DNA from: Mobula hypostoma
Taxonomy: Eukaryota
Reading direction: 5' to 3'
DNA length: 64,000 bases
Assembly (NCBI RefSeq): GCF_963921235.1
Contig: NC_086109.1
Coordinates: 5,706,001 to 5,770,000, forward strand
In this document: piece by piece, positions 47,609-59,312 of the stretch
Position numbering within the stretch: position 1 is the stretch's first letter
Layout of the letters: every line of letters starts with the position of its first letter
Made by a program: the position numbers and the translations under genes
Notes under the pieces: generated by a model
The model's database searches: none
Told to the model about the DNA's origin: nothing
What the model saw: the letters and a program-made list of their open reading frames with translations, nothing else

Positions 47609-48530
47609 ATGGCTGATATGGCAATGGAATTCTCCTCCGTAGGATGTGGGAATTCATGGAACCTGACGGTCTCCCTGATGACTACACCTGCGGGAAGCGC
47701 AGCCAACTCCAGCTCATGAAAGACACATTAAGGAGCTGAAGCTGGGGTTGGATGAACTAAGGATCATCTGGGAGGCAGAGCAATTAATAGACAAGACTTT
47801 TGAGCAGGTGGTTACACCCAGAGTGCAGAATTCAAGGTGTAGCAGCGTGAACACTGAGAGAGGTAAAGGGGAGAAGGGTCCCCTGTGGCCATGCCCCTCA
47901 GCAACAGGTATACCCCTTTCGATAGTGATGAGGGGGATGACCTATCTGGGCAAGACAGCAGCAGCCAGACCAATAGCACTGTGGTCGGCTCTGAGCCTCA
48001 GAAGGGCAGGGTGAAGTCAGGCGGGGCAATAGTCATAGTGGACTTGATAGTTGGGGGGACCCATAGGAGTTTCTGCAGCAGCAAACGAGACACCAGGACA
48101 GTGTGTTGTCTCCTGGGTGCTAAGGTCCAGGATGTCTCTGAGCAGTTGCAGAATATTCTTGAAGGGGAGGGTGAGAAGTTGGAGGTTGTAGTATATGCTG
48201 GTACTAATGACATAGGCAGGAGTGGCGTGGAGGTCTTGAGTAGTAAATTTAGGGATTTAGGAAGGAGGTTGAAGAGCAGGACCTCCAAGAAGGTGATTCC
48301 TGGATTACTCCCAGTGCCACGAGCTAGGTCAAAACAGGAAGATTGTGCAGATGAATGAGTGGCTGAGGAGATGGTGTAGGGGTAATGGTTTCAAGTTCTT
48401 GGATCATTGGAATCTTTTCTGGGAAAGGGTGACCTGTACAAGTAGGACAGGTTGCACCTGAACTGGAGGGAGATTTACTAATGCTGTCGGGGAGGGTTAG
48501 GACTAGATTTGCAGGGGGTGGGAACTGAAG
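47609..48530 (+). pseudogene. CR1 ORF1: Zn-finger/coiled coil + SGNH esterase-like domain, disrupted
   Basis: LPDDYTCGK.SQLQL; PLSNRY; IVIVDLIV (GDS-block position); VCCLLGAKVQDV; VVVYAGTND; FLDHW..LHLN. Confidence 0.85.
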
Positions 48531-48636
48531 TGAAGAGGCAGTAGATGGGTCATTTGGTGCACAAGTAGAGACAATTTGTAGGGAGTTTATGAGGAAAGAT
48601 AAGCAGATGATAGAGCAAAGAAGCATTCAGCCAGAT

Positions 48637-51310
48637 GGTTTGAGATGTGTCTATTTTAATGCAAGGAGTATCAAAAGCAAGGTGGATGAACTTAGAGCTT
48701 GGATCAATACGTGGAACTATGATGTTCTGGCGTTACAGAGACTTGGATGTCTCGGGGGCAGGAATGGCTGCTGAGTGTACCGGGCTTCAGATGTTTCAAA
48801 AAGGACAGGGACGGAGTCAAAAGAGTTGGGGGAATGGCATTGCTAATTAAGGATAGTATCAGGGCTGCAAAAAAGGAAGAAGTCATGGAGGGATTGTCTA
48901 CTGAGTCATTGTGGGTGGAAGTCAGAAACTAGAAGGGGGCAATAACTCTACTGGGTGTTTTTATAGACCCCCACCCCCCCTCAGTAGTAACAGAGACATC
49001 GAGGAACAGATAGAAATGCAGATTCTGGAAAGGTGCAGTAATAACAGGGTTGTCGTGATGAGTGATTTTAACTTTCCTAATATAGTCTGGCATCTGCTTA
49101 GACCAAAGGGTTTAGATGGGGTACAGTTTGTTAGGTGTGTTCAGAAGGTTTTCTGATGCAATATGTAGATACGCCAACCAGAGGAGAGGCTGTACTTGAT
49201 CTGGTATTGGGAAACAAACCCTGGTCAGGTGTCAGATCTCTCAGTGGGAGAGCATTTTGGAGGTAATGATCACAACTCTCTCTCCTTTACCATAATGCTG
49301 AAGAGGGATAGGAGCAGACAATTTGGGAAAACACTTAATTGAAGTAGGGGAAAATATATGCTATTAGGCAGGAAACTGAGAACATAAATTGGGAGTAGAG
49401 GTTCTCAGGGAAATGCATGGCATTCTGCATAGGTATGTTCCATTAAGGCAGGGAAAGGATGGTAGGGTTAAAGAACCATGGTGTATAAAGGATGTAGAAA
49501 ATCTAGTTAAGAAGAAAAGAAAAGCTTACAAAAAGTTCAAGAAAGTAGGTACTGTTAGAGCTCTAGAAAATTACAAGGCTGCCAGGAAGGAGCTCAAGAA
49601 TGAAATTAGGAGAACGAGAATGGCCCATAAGAAGGCCTTGGCAAGCAGGATTAAGGAAAACCCCAAGGCATTCTACAAGTATGTGAAGAGCAAGAGGATG
49701 AGCCGTGTGAGAGTAGGACCAATCAGGTGTAATATTGGAAATGTGTGCATTGTGTCAGAGGAGGTAGCGGAGGTGCTTAATGAATACTTTGCTTCAGTAT
49801 TCACCAGTGAAAAGGACCTTGGCATTTGTGGGGATGACTTACAGTGGACTGAAATGCTTGAGTGTACAGACAGTAAGAAAGAGGGTGTGCTGGAGCTTTT
49901 GAAAGGTATTAAATTAGGTAAGTCACCAGGACCGGATGAGATATACCCTAAGCTACCGTGGGAAGCCGGGGAAGAGACTGCTGAGCATCTGGCAATGATC
50001 TTTGCATCATCAATAGGGATGGGGGAAGTGCCAGAGGATTGGAACTTTACAAACATTGTCCCCCTGTTCAAGAAAGGGAGTAGAGATAATCCAGGAAATT
50101 ATAGACCAGTGAGTCTTACTTCAGTGGTAGGCAATTTGTTGGAGAAGATCCTGAGAGCAGGATTTATGAGCATTTGGAGAGACATAATCTGATTGGGGAT
50201 AGTCAGGGGATGCCAAGGGCAGGTCATGCCTTACGAACCTGATTGAATTCTTTGAGGATGTAACAAAAAACATTGATGAAGGTAGGGCAGTGGATGTAGC
50301 GTATATGGATTTCAGTAAGGCATTTGATAAGGTTCACCATTCAAGGCTTATTCAGAAAGTATTGATGCATGGAATCCAAGGAGACCTTGCTTTGTGGATC
50401 CAGGATTGGTTTGACCACAGAAGGCAAAGGGTGGTTGTAGATGATTTGTATTCTGCAAGGAGGATGGTAGAAGGGTGGGTTAGTAAGTTTTTTGATGACA
50501 CAAAAGTTGGATGTATTGTAGATAGCCTGGAGAGCTGTCAGAGGTTACAGCGCAACATCGATGGGATGCAGAACTGGGCTGAGAATTGGCAGATGGAGTT
50601 CAACCCAGATAAGTGTGAAGTGGTTTATTTCGCTAGGTCAAATTTGAAGACAGATATAATATTAATGTTAAGACTCTTGGCAGTGTGGAGGATCAGCTAG
50701 ATCTTGGGGTCCATGTCCATAGAAAACCCAAAGCTGCTGGGCAGGTTGACAGTGTTGTTAAGAAGGCGTATGGTGTGCTGGCCTTCATCAACCGTGGGAT
50801 TGAGTTCAAAAGCTGAGCGGCAATGTCACAGCTATATAAGACCTTAGTTAGGCCCCACTTGGAGTACTGTGTTCAGTTCTGGTCACCTCACTACAGGAAG
50901 GATGTGGATACTATAGAGGAGTGCGGAGGAGATTTACAAGGATGTTGCCTGGATTGGAGAGCATGGCTTAAGAGAATAAGTTGAGTGAACTTGGCCTTTT
51001 CTCCTTGGAGCGGCAGAGGATGAGAGGTGACCTGATAGAGGTGTATAAGATGATGAGAGACATTGAGCATGAGGATAGCCAAAGGCTTTTTCCCAGGGCT
51101 GAATTGGCTAACATGAGGAGGCATAGTGTTAAGGTGCTTGGAAGTAGGTACAAGGGGGATGTCAGAGGTAAGTTTTTCACACGGAGAGTGGTGGGTGTGT
51201 GGAATGCACTGCCAGTGACGGTGATGGAAGTGGATGCAATAGGGTCTTCTAAGAGCCTCTTAGATGGATGTATGCAGCTTAGAAAAATAGAGGGCTATGC
51301 GGTGGGGAAA
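48637..51310 (+). pseudogene. CR1 ORF2 (APE + RT), multiple frameshifts/stops
   Basis: [59 protein letters not shown]. Confidence 0.92.
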
Positions 51311-51794
51311 TTCGAAGCAGCTTCTAGAGTAGGTTACTTGGCTGGCACAACATTGTGGGCTGAAGTGCCTGTAGTACGTTGTAGATTTCTATGTTTCTAT
51401 GATCAGTGTAATATTTTACAGAGGAGAATGTATAAAAAAGGGTGTTTTTTTCACACTGTTACTCCTCCACAGCCTATGATGATTAATGTGAGATTTTAGA
51501 CAAGGCACATCTATATGATTTTTCTTATAAGTCCAATCCTTGTGTGTCATTGTTGTGTCTCGGTATCGACGTAAGGCCCAGATTACTCATGCCCCTCTGC
51601 ACAGCACTGTTTACAATAAACAGCAAGAAGATGGTTTTCAAAAGACCATTCCCAGTCCTGGTGACTGGTCTCACATTGCGTTGCTCTCTGTGGTATCTTC
51701 CTGTGAGTAAATTGGTTTATCATTTCTTATATTAAAATTAAAATCGAAAACCACTTCACTGACTGTGAATCGAATCTGTGAGTTTCGAGCTGAT

Positions 51795-52248
51795 GAAACA
51801 TCCTGTAGCATCTCAGAAGATCCATCCTGGGCCTAACATATTGTTCCAACTGTGAAGAAGCCCAGCCAAGCGGCTATATTCAGTAGGAGTTTGGGGAGAG
51901 TTAGTATGTCACCAAAGTCTCTCGCAAATTTCTACATATATACCATAGAGAGCATTCTAACTGGTTGCATCACCATCTGGTATGGAGGAGCCACTGCACA
52001 GGATTGTAAAAAGCAATAGAAAGTTGCAAATTCACCCAGCTCCATGATGAGTACTAGCCTCTGCATCTTCAAAAGGCCATCCCTCAAGAAGGCGGGACGA
52101 TTAAGGACCCCATCACCCAGGACATGTCCTCTTCTCATTGCTACCATCAGGGGTGATAGAGGAGCCTGAAGGCACACACTCAGTGCTTTAGGAACAGCTT
52201 CTTCCCCTGTGCCATCAGATTTCTGAATGGCCCATGACCATGAAGACT
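51795..52248 (+). mobile_element. Rex1/Babar-like fragment
   Basis: FYIYTIESILTGCITIWYGG remnant. Confidence 0.75.
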
Positions 52249-52249
52249 A

Positions 52250-52835
52250 GCCGAGAGGTAATGTTACAGCTATATAGGACCCCGGTCAGACCCCACTTAG
52301 AGTACTGTGCTCAGCTCTGGTCACCTCACTACAGGAAGGATGTGGAAACCATAGAAAGGGTGCAGAGGAGATTTACAAGGATGTTGCCTGGATTGGGGAG
52401 CATGCCTTAAGAGAATAGGTTGAGTGAACTCGGCCTTTTCTCCTTGGAGTGACGGAGGATGAGAGGTGATAGAGGTGTACAAGATGATGAGAGGCATTGA
52501 TCGTGTGGATAGTCAGAGGCTTTTTCCCAGGGATGAAATAGCTAACATGAGAGGGCACAGTATTAAGGTGCTTGGAAGGAGGTACAGAGGAGATGTCAGG
52601 GGTAAGTTTTTTACGCAGAGAGTGGTGAGTGCGTGGAACGAGCTGCCAGCGATGGTGGTGGAGGCGGATACAATAGGGTCTTTTAAGAGACTCCTGGATA
52701 GGTACATGGAGCTTAGAAAAATAGAGGGCTATGGGTAACCCTAGGTAATTTCTAAGGTAAGGACATGTTCGGCACAGCTTTGTGGGCCAAAGGGCTTGTA
52801 TTGTGCTGTAGGATTTCTATGTTTCTTTGTTTCTA
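52250..52835 (+). mobile_element. CR1 LINE 3' fragment
   Basis: IEVYKMMRGIDRVDSQRLFPR..GKFFTQRVVSAWN. Confidence 0.9.
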
Positions 52836-52944
52836 TTACCTCATTAGCTTGCTCTGTTTTTGCACTACTTGCTTATGTGTGTATACTTTTATTGGCACCT
52901 ATGCTATATTTTTATACATTGCACTGTACTGCTGCTGCAAAACA

Positions 52945-53335
52945 ACATGTCGGTCCGTGGCCTTCTCTTGTGCTGAGATAAGGTCACTCTCATACTCCAG
53001 CTAGGTAGCTTCCAACCTGATGCATGAATATCAATTTCTCCTTCTGGTAAAAATAATTTTCCCTCCCCCTCCCCTCTTCTTCTATTCCTCACTCTGGCCT
53101 CTTACTTCTTCTCCCCTACCTATCGCCTCCCCCTGGCACCACTCCTCCTTCCCTTTCTCCTATGGTCCACTCTCCTCTCCGATCAGATACCTTCCTCTCC
53201 AGCCCTTTATCTTTCCCACCCGCCTGGCTTCACCTATCAGCTTTTAACCACCCTCCTTACCCTCTCCCCCACCTTTTTATTCTGGAGTCCTCCCCCTTCC
53301 TTTCCAGTCCTGAAGAAGGGTCTAAGCCCAAAACT
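52945..53335 (+). mobile_element. Penelope-like 3' fragment with degenerate hammerhead (53305-53335)
   Basis: ctaggtagcttccaacctgatgcatgaatatcaatttctcc ORF end; cagtcctgaagaagggtctaagcccaaaac. Confidence 0.75.
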
Positions 53336-53349
53336 CTGTGCACCTGCCT

Positions 53350-54640
53350 ACAACAAGCAGTATGTGTTTGATCGTGGGCTTCAGGAAAGGCGAAGTTGAA
53401 GGAAAACACACCAGCACCTCATCAAGCGACCAGCAGTGGAAAGGATGAGCAGTTCCACGTTCCTGGGCATTAGCATCTCAGAAAATCTATCCTGGGTCCA
53501 ACACCTTGATGCAGTCATGAAGAAGTACAGCAACCTCTATAGTTCATCAGGAGTTTGAGGAGATCTGGTATGTCACCAAAGACTATAGCAAATTTCTACA
53601 GTTGTACCATGGAGAGCATTCTGGCTGGTTGCATCACTGTTTGGTATGGAGGGGCCACTGCACAGGATCATAAAAAGTTGCAGTGTTGTAAACTTCATAG
53701 TCATAGTCATAGTCATACTTTATTGATCCCGGGGGAAATTGGTTTTCGTTATAGTTGCACCATAAGTAATGAGTAGTAATAGAACCATAAATAGTTAAAT
53801 AGTGATATGTAAATTATGCCAGGAAATAAGTCCAGGACCAGCCTATTGGCTCAGGGTGTCTGACCTTCCAAGGGAGGAGTTGTAAAGTTCGATGGCCACA
53901 GGCAGGAATGACTTCCTATGACGCTCTGTGCTGCATCTCGGTGGAATGAGTCTCTGGCTGAATGTACTCCTGTGCCCACCCAGTACATTATGTAGTGGAT
54001 GGGAGACATTGTCCAAGATGGCATGCAACTTGGACAGCATCCTCTTTTCAGACACCACCGTCAGAGAGTCCAGTTCCATCCCCACAACATCACTTGCCTT
54101 ACGCATGAGTTTGTTGATTCTGTTGGTGTCTGCTACCCTCAGCCTGCTGCCCCAGCACACAACAGCAAACATGATGGCACTGGCCACCACAGACTGGTAG
54201 ACCATCCTCAGCATCGTCCGGCAGATGTTAAAGGACGGATGGAGCTTAGCAAGCTCCATCATGGGTCAACTCTCTACACCATTGATGACATTTTCAAAAG
54301 GCAATGCCTCAAAAAGGCGTCCATTATTAAGGACTGTTACCACCCGGGACACACCCTTTTCTCATTGCTACCATGAAAGGGGAGGAGGTACAGAAGCCTG
54401 AAGACGCACACTCAATGTTTCAGGAATAGTCCCTCCCTCCACCAGCACATTTCTGAAGGTACAATGAGCCCATGAAGGCTACCTCAGCACCTTTTCTCGC
54501 CTTCCTTTTTGCACTAATAATTTAATTTAAATTTTTTAAAATATACACTGCTTATTGTAATTTATAGTTTTTATTTTTTTGTATTGCAGTGTACTGCTAC
54601 CACAAAATAACAACTTTCATGACATATGCCAGTGATTTTG
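53350..54640 (+). mobile_element. Older Rex1/Babar-like element split by a younger one
   Basis: FYSCTMESILAGCITVWYGG before 53695; IIKDCYHPGHTLFSLLP after 54240. Confidence 0.8.
53696..54236 (-). mobile_element. Young Rex1/Babar LINE 3' fragment
   Basis: (catagt)n tail; SFNICRTMLRMVYQSVVASAIMFAVVCWG... Confidence 0.9.
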
Positions 54641-54644
54641 GGGA

Positions 54645-54922
54645 GGCAAGCTATCACAACGCTTAGCACAATGCTTTACAGTAAGGGTGACCTGGGTTTA
54701 AGTCCAGTCGCTGCTTGTAAGTAGTTTCTACGTTCTCCCTGTGACCATGTGGGTTTCCTCCTGGTGCTCTGGTTTCCTCCCACAGTCCAAAGACGTACCA
54801 GTTGGTAGGCTAATTGGACATCGTAAATTGTCCTGTGATTAGGCGAGCATTAAATTGGGGGTTGCTGGGTGGTGAGCCTCGAAGGAAGGGCCTACTCCAC
54901 ACTGAATTTCAATAAATAAATA
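54645..54922 (+). mobile_element. V-SINE
   Basis: gggtttaagtcc B-box; V domain; aataaataaa tail. Confidence 0.8.
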
Positions 54923-55829
54923 TTCAACCTGATTCTGATTCTGAGCAATGCAAATCATTCTCCAATGACATTCTTCAGACCACCCCGCTCTTCTTCAAAA
55001 ATGCTCTGAATTTGCACCCAGCTTTTTCTTTTGAAATCCCTTCCCTCTCTAATCTTCCTTCGGAACCACAGCATCATTCTTTCTGTAGAATTCAGGGCGA
55101 CCCTTCATAGATCCAAATCTCCTCCTCAATAAAAGATTTCTCACCTCAGCTCCCTCCAGAAATTAATTTTGCTATACCACCCGGGAAACAGTGCCACAGC
55201 ATAAAAGCCAGGACCAACAGGCTCCAGGACAGCTTCTTCCACCAGGCCATCAGACTTCACACTGATTTGAGTGTATTCCTATGTTACATTGACTGTTCTA
55301 TTTATTATAAATTACTGTGATTGCACATTGCACATTTACAGAGACGTAACATAAAGATTTTTACTCTTCATGTATGTGAAGGACATAAGAAATAAAGTCA
55401 ATTCAATTCTCTTTATGAGAAATTGCTGTTACTCTTCTGTGATCATCACACTTAGACTCTTCCGTGTTACAAAGCCACAGAACCCAGTTCAGTTCAAAGG
55501 GACTGATTTCAGAAAATCACAAGTAGCCTGATTGATTATTGGCGATTATGCAAAACGAGTCCCTTTATTCTTATTTGATTGCTAATATGAGTGGTTCATT
55601 TTCACATTTTGTACTTTTCAGTAGTTTCTCCCACACAGTTACACAGGCAGTGACTGGAACAATTCTAAACACATGACTCAATCAAATATTAATGCATTGG
55701 TGATGGTTTACAGTTATCGCATAGTCACTCCGACCGCAGCTTTGCTGATAAGCCCTAGCAAGTGACTGACCGTGGAAGATGAATGTAAGCAGCAGAACAA
55801 TTAACAGATTGCCAAGGGGAAGTTTCTGC

Positions 55830-55900
55830 CCTTTGGATAGTATCATGGGCTCTTTTATATCCACAAGAGAGAGTGAAGGGACCCTCTGTTTAGAGTCATG
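55830..55900 (-). mobile_element. Possible ancient Deu-domain SINE remnant
   Basis: agtatcatgggctcttttatatccacaagagagag..ctgtttagagtcat resembles the DeuSINE core (gtgccatgggatcttttacatccacctgagag..ggtttaacgtctcat), recalled from memory. Confidence 0.45.
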
Positions 55901-55921
55901 ATGTTATACAACATGGCAAGA

Positions 55922-56402
55922 GAACATAGAACACAAAAGTTAGATGACAAGCCCTCCATGTTGTGTCAGCCTTTTAACACACTCTAAGATAATCAAAGCC
56001 TTCCATCCCACATAGTCCTCCATTTTTCTTTCATTCATATGCCTCTTTGAGTCTCTAAAATGTCCCTAATGCATTTGCCTCTACGATCACTCCTGGGTAG
56101 CAAGTTCCAGGCACCCATCACTCTCTGTGTAAAAAGCATACCTCAGCCCTCCTGTCACCTTTTAATTATGCCCCTTGGCATTAGCAAATTCAACCCTGAG
56201 AAAATATCTTCGGCTGCCCACTCTATCGATGCCTCTTATCATCTTGTTCACCTCTGTCAGATTAACTCTCATCCTCCTTCGCCTCAAAGGGAAAAACCCT
56301 AGCTCTCTCAACCTCTCTTCAAAAGCCATGCTCTCTAATCCAGACAGCATCTTGGTAAACCTCCTCTGCATTCTCCCTAAAGTTTCCATTTCCTTCCTAT
56401 AA
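55922..56402 (-). mobile_element. CR1 LINE 3' fragment
   Basis: MQRRFTKMLSGLESMAFEERLRELG; agaacatagaac tail. Confidence 0.8.
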
Positions 56403-57305
56403 CCCTTCCTATACAAGCCATTCAACACCCATTGACACAATTCCTCAACTAATCCCATTGTTTCATCCCCCATTCCCATTAGCTCCCCCAGGTTTCATCA
56501 CTCACCAATATGGGGGATTTAGCAAGGGCAAGCCCACATATATTTTAGATTATTAGATTATGAGGACACGCAGTCCTCTTTTATTGTCATTTAGTAATGC
56601 ATGCCATCTTCTCCTCTCCTTTCCTCATCCTATTTGGGATGGGGGAGGAAGACAGAGCACCCTTGAGAATAGCCAGCCATGTCACTTTGTTTGGACTTTA
56701 GGGGTTATGCAGAAAATTAGAGGCCAGTGAAACTTACATCAGCGATAAGGAAATTATTGGGGTCAATTCTCAGGGAAAGGATTCACTCAGACTTGGAAAG
56801 GGACAGATTTATTGTGGATAGTCAACATGGCTTAGAGCAGAGTTGCTCATTCTCAAGGTTATAAGCAAATGTATTATCAAAGTACATCCATGTCCCCATA
56901 TACAACCCTGAGATTCATTTTCTTGTGGGCATACCCAATAAATCCTATAACCATAGTAGAATTAATGAACGACTGCACCAACAAGCTGTTCAACCAGTGG
57001 GCAAAAGACAACAAAACTGTGCAAATACAAAAAGAAAGAAATATTAATTGTTGTATATGTAATATTTGAGTAATCTTGTGTGTATGTATTGGTTGATTAA
57101 GCATTCTTATATATATAAATACATGAATTGCATATGTCATCGTGCTACCACATGATAAGTGAGCACCTCACTTAAGGTAAACACAAAGTTAGACCTGGAC
57201 ATTAAACTAATTTAAAGGAAGACACTAGAGTCTGTAGACCTGGACTTCAGACTCCAGTGTCTTCCTTTATATTAGTTTAATGTTTTGAAGTTACAAAACA
57301 TAATA

Positions 57306-57927
57306 TCATAGTCATAGTCGTAGTCATACTTTATTGATCCCAAGGGAAATTGGTTTTCGTTACAGTTGCACCATAAATAATTAAATAGTAATAAAACCAT
57401 AAATAATTCCATAGTAATATGTAAATTATGCCAGGAAATAAGTCCAGGACCAGCCTATTGGCTCAGGGTATCTGACCCTCCAAGGGAGGAGTTGTAAAGT
57501 TTGATGGCCACAGGCAGGAATGACTTCCTATGACGCTCTGTGTTGCATCTCGGTGGAATGAGTCTCTGGCTGAATGTACTCCTGTGCCCAACCAGTCCAT
57601 TATGTAGTGGACGGGAGACATTGTCCAAGATGGCATGCAACTTGGACAGCATCCTCTTTTCAGACACCACCATCAGAGAGTCCAGTTCCATCCCCACGAC
57701 ATCACTGGCCTTACGAATGAGTTTGTTGATTCTGTTGGTGTCTGCTACCCTCAGCCTGCTGCCCCAGCACACAACAGCAAACATGATCGCACTGGCCACC
57801 ACAAACTCGTAGAACATCCTCAGCATCGTCCGGCACATGTTAAAGGACCTCAGTCTCCTCAGGAAATAGAGACGGCTCTGACCCTTCTTGTAGACAGCCT
57901 CAGAGTTCTTTGACCAATCCAGTTTAT
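57306..57927 (-). mobile_element. Young Rex1/Babar LINE 3' fragment inserted at the LTR/PBS junction
   Basis: (catagt)n tail; QSRLYFLRRLRSFNMCRTMLRMFYEFVVASAIMFAVVCWG... Confidence 0.92.
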
Positions 57928-58849
57928 TATTGGCGATGAGGTACTTTTATAATGAACCCAAGACAGCTATTGACCTGCTGAAGATCAATGAGACGTTCGA
58001 ACTAAAAAAAAGCGCAGTGAGGAACAGTTAAATTTTTTTTAGAAAGCTCAGTAAGTGCAGAGATGGTCAAGTTTAAGAAGCAGCATAGCACATGTTCTCT
58101 GGAAGGGAAGACATGATCGAGTTTTTTTTTGCAAGTCAGTAAATGGAGGAATTCACAGGTTCATAAAGAGTGAGTACCAGGTGATAATAATCATAAAAAA
58201 CAGAAGTGGCTGGCTGCATCAGAAAAATTGACATGTTTGATTACATAAAAGATAACTGGAATGTATATATTGAGCTAATTTAGCAACATTTTGAAGCAAG
58301 TTAAATAGCCAATGAGGAACAAGTACCAATTTTACTGAGGGCATTGGGCTTGAAGGCATACAGTTTGCTTCAAAGTTTGACTGCTCCAACCAGACCAGCA
58401 GAAACGAGCTCTAGTGGAGGTGGAGACTGCTGCAGACTCTCCATGATATCATGTTAATAAACTCTTAAAATGAAACTCAAAGTCGCTCTGGTGTTCTTAG
58501 TTAGTGTTTCCACAACAACTGCATTTCAAAGATACAAAACTGAAACCTGCAGATATCCAACTAAGAACTTGTACTGGAGAAAAGATAACTCCTGTAGGAA
58601 TGACATTTGTAACAATGAAATACAATAATGAACAGGCCACATTGGGCTTACATATAGTAAAAACAGGAGGGTAAGCATTGTGGGGATGTGAGTGGCTGGA
58701 CAACTACAAATTGGTTGGTAATCCATCTACCATTTGCACACCACATCCCCTACAATGAAGAAAACTAAAAGCAAATTAAGAAATGTACTGCATGATTGCC
58801 ACAACTGTCTCTATGCCTAACACCATGAACCTTTGCCCAACAGAGGACA

Positions 58850-59312
58850 ACCAGACGTTGCTGTCAACCTCTGTGCCTCTGGTTGGAGAGCATATTGGAC
58901 CCAGGAAGAACCATTTGCTGCGAGAGAGCAAAAAAGTGACAAAAGTAGTGGTCCGACTACAACCGTTTTTGTAGGCAACATGTCTGAAAAGGTTTCTGAA
59001 ATTCTATTCAGGCAGTTACTTGCAAAATGTGGCTTGGTTTTAAGCAAGAGGAGAGTTCAAGGAGCTTCAGGGAAGTTGTAAGCATTTGGCTTTTGTGAGT
59101 ATAAAGAACTAGAATCTACTCTGCATGATGAACGGAAGCGAAAGAGAAAGGAGTCAATGGATTTGTCAGATGATGTTGTGGATGAGGAAACCAAGAGAAG
59201 AGGTCAGATTGTAAAGGGAGCAACAGAAGGATTAATAAGAGTGAACTAAATGCACCTTCCCAAGATCAAGGTGCACGTCCTAGAAAGAAGAGAAAGGAAA
59301 GGAAAAAGAAAA
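58850..59312 (+). pseudogene. RBM25: Processed pseudogene fragment of RNA-binding motif protein 25 (N-terminal RRM region)
   Basis: TSVPLVGEHIGPRKNH; SGPTTTVFVGNMSEKVSEILFRQLLAKCGLVLSKRRVQGASGKL*AFGFCEYKELESTL; DE.K.KRK; DEETKRRGQIVKGATEGLIR; ELNAPSQD...PRKKRKE. These match RBM25 as recalled (GPTTTVFVGNISEKASDMLIRQLLAKCGLVLSWKRVQGASGKLQAFGFCEYKEPESTL...DEETKRRDQMIKGAIEVLIRE..ELNAPSQE). Stop at 59079-59081, frameshifts and an internal deletion. Confidence 0.92.

Larger units (their letters stand above)
47305..51401 (+). mobile_element. Near full-length decayed CR1 LINE (5'UTR, ORF1, ORF2, 3'UTR)
   Basis: GC-rich 5'UTR; ORF1 and ORF2 motifs in order; ttctatgtttctatg tail. Confidence 0.93.

Noticed and set aside
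53843..54262. ORF that could be annotated as a host DUF1891/ALKBH8-N-like protein
   Set aside because: Present in four near-identical truncated copies with microsatellite tails; it is the Rex1/Babar RT C-terminus.
58833..59081. Functional RBM25 gene or exons
   Set aside because: In-frame stop, frameshifts, internal deletion, no introns or splice signals; embedded in a retroelement.
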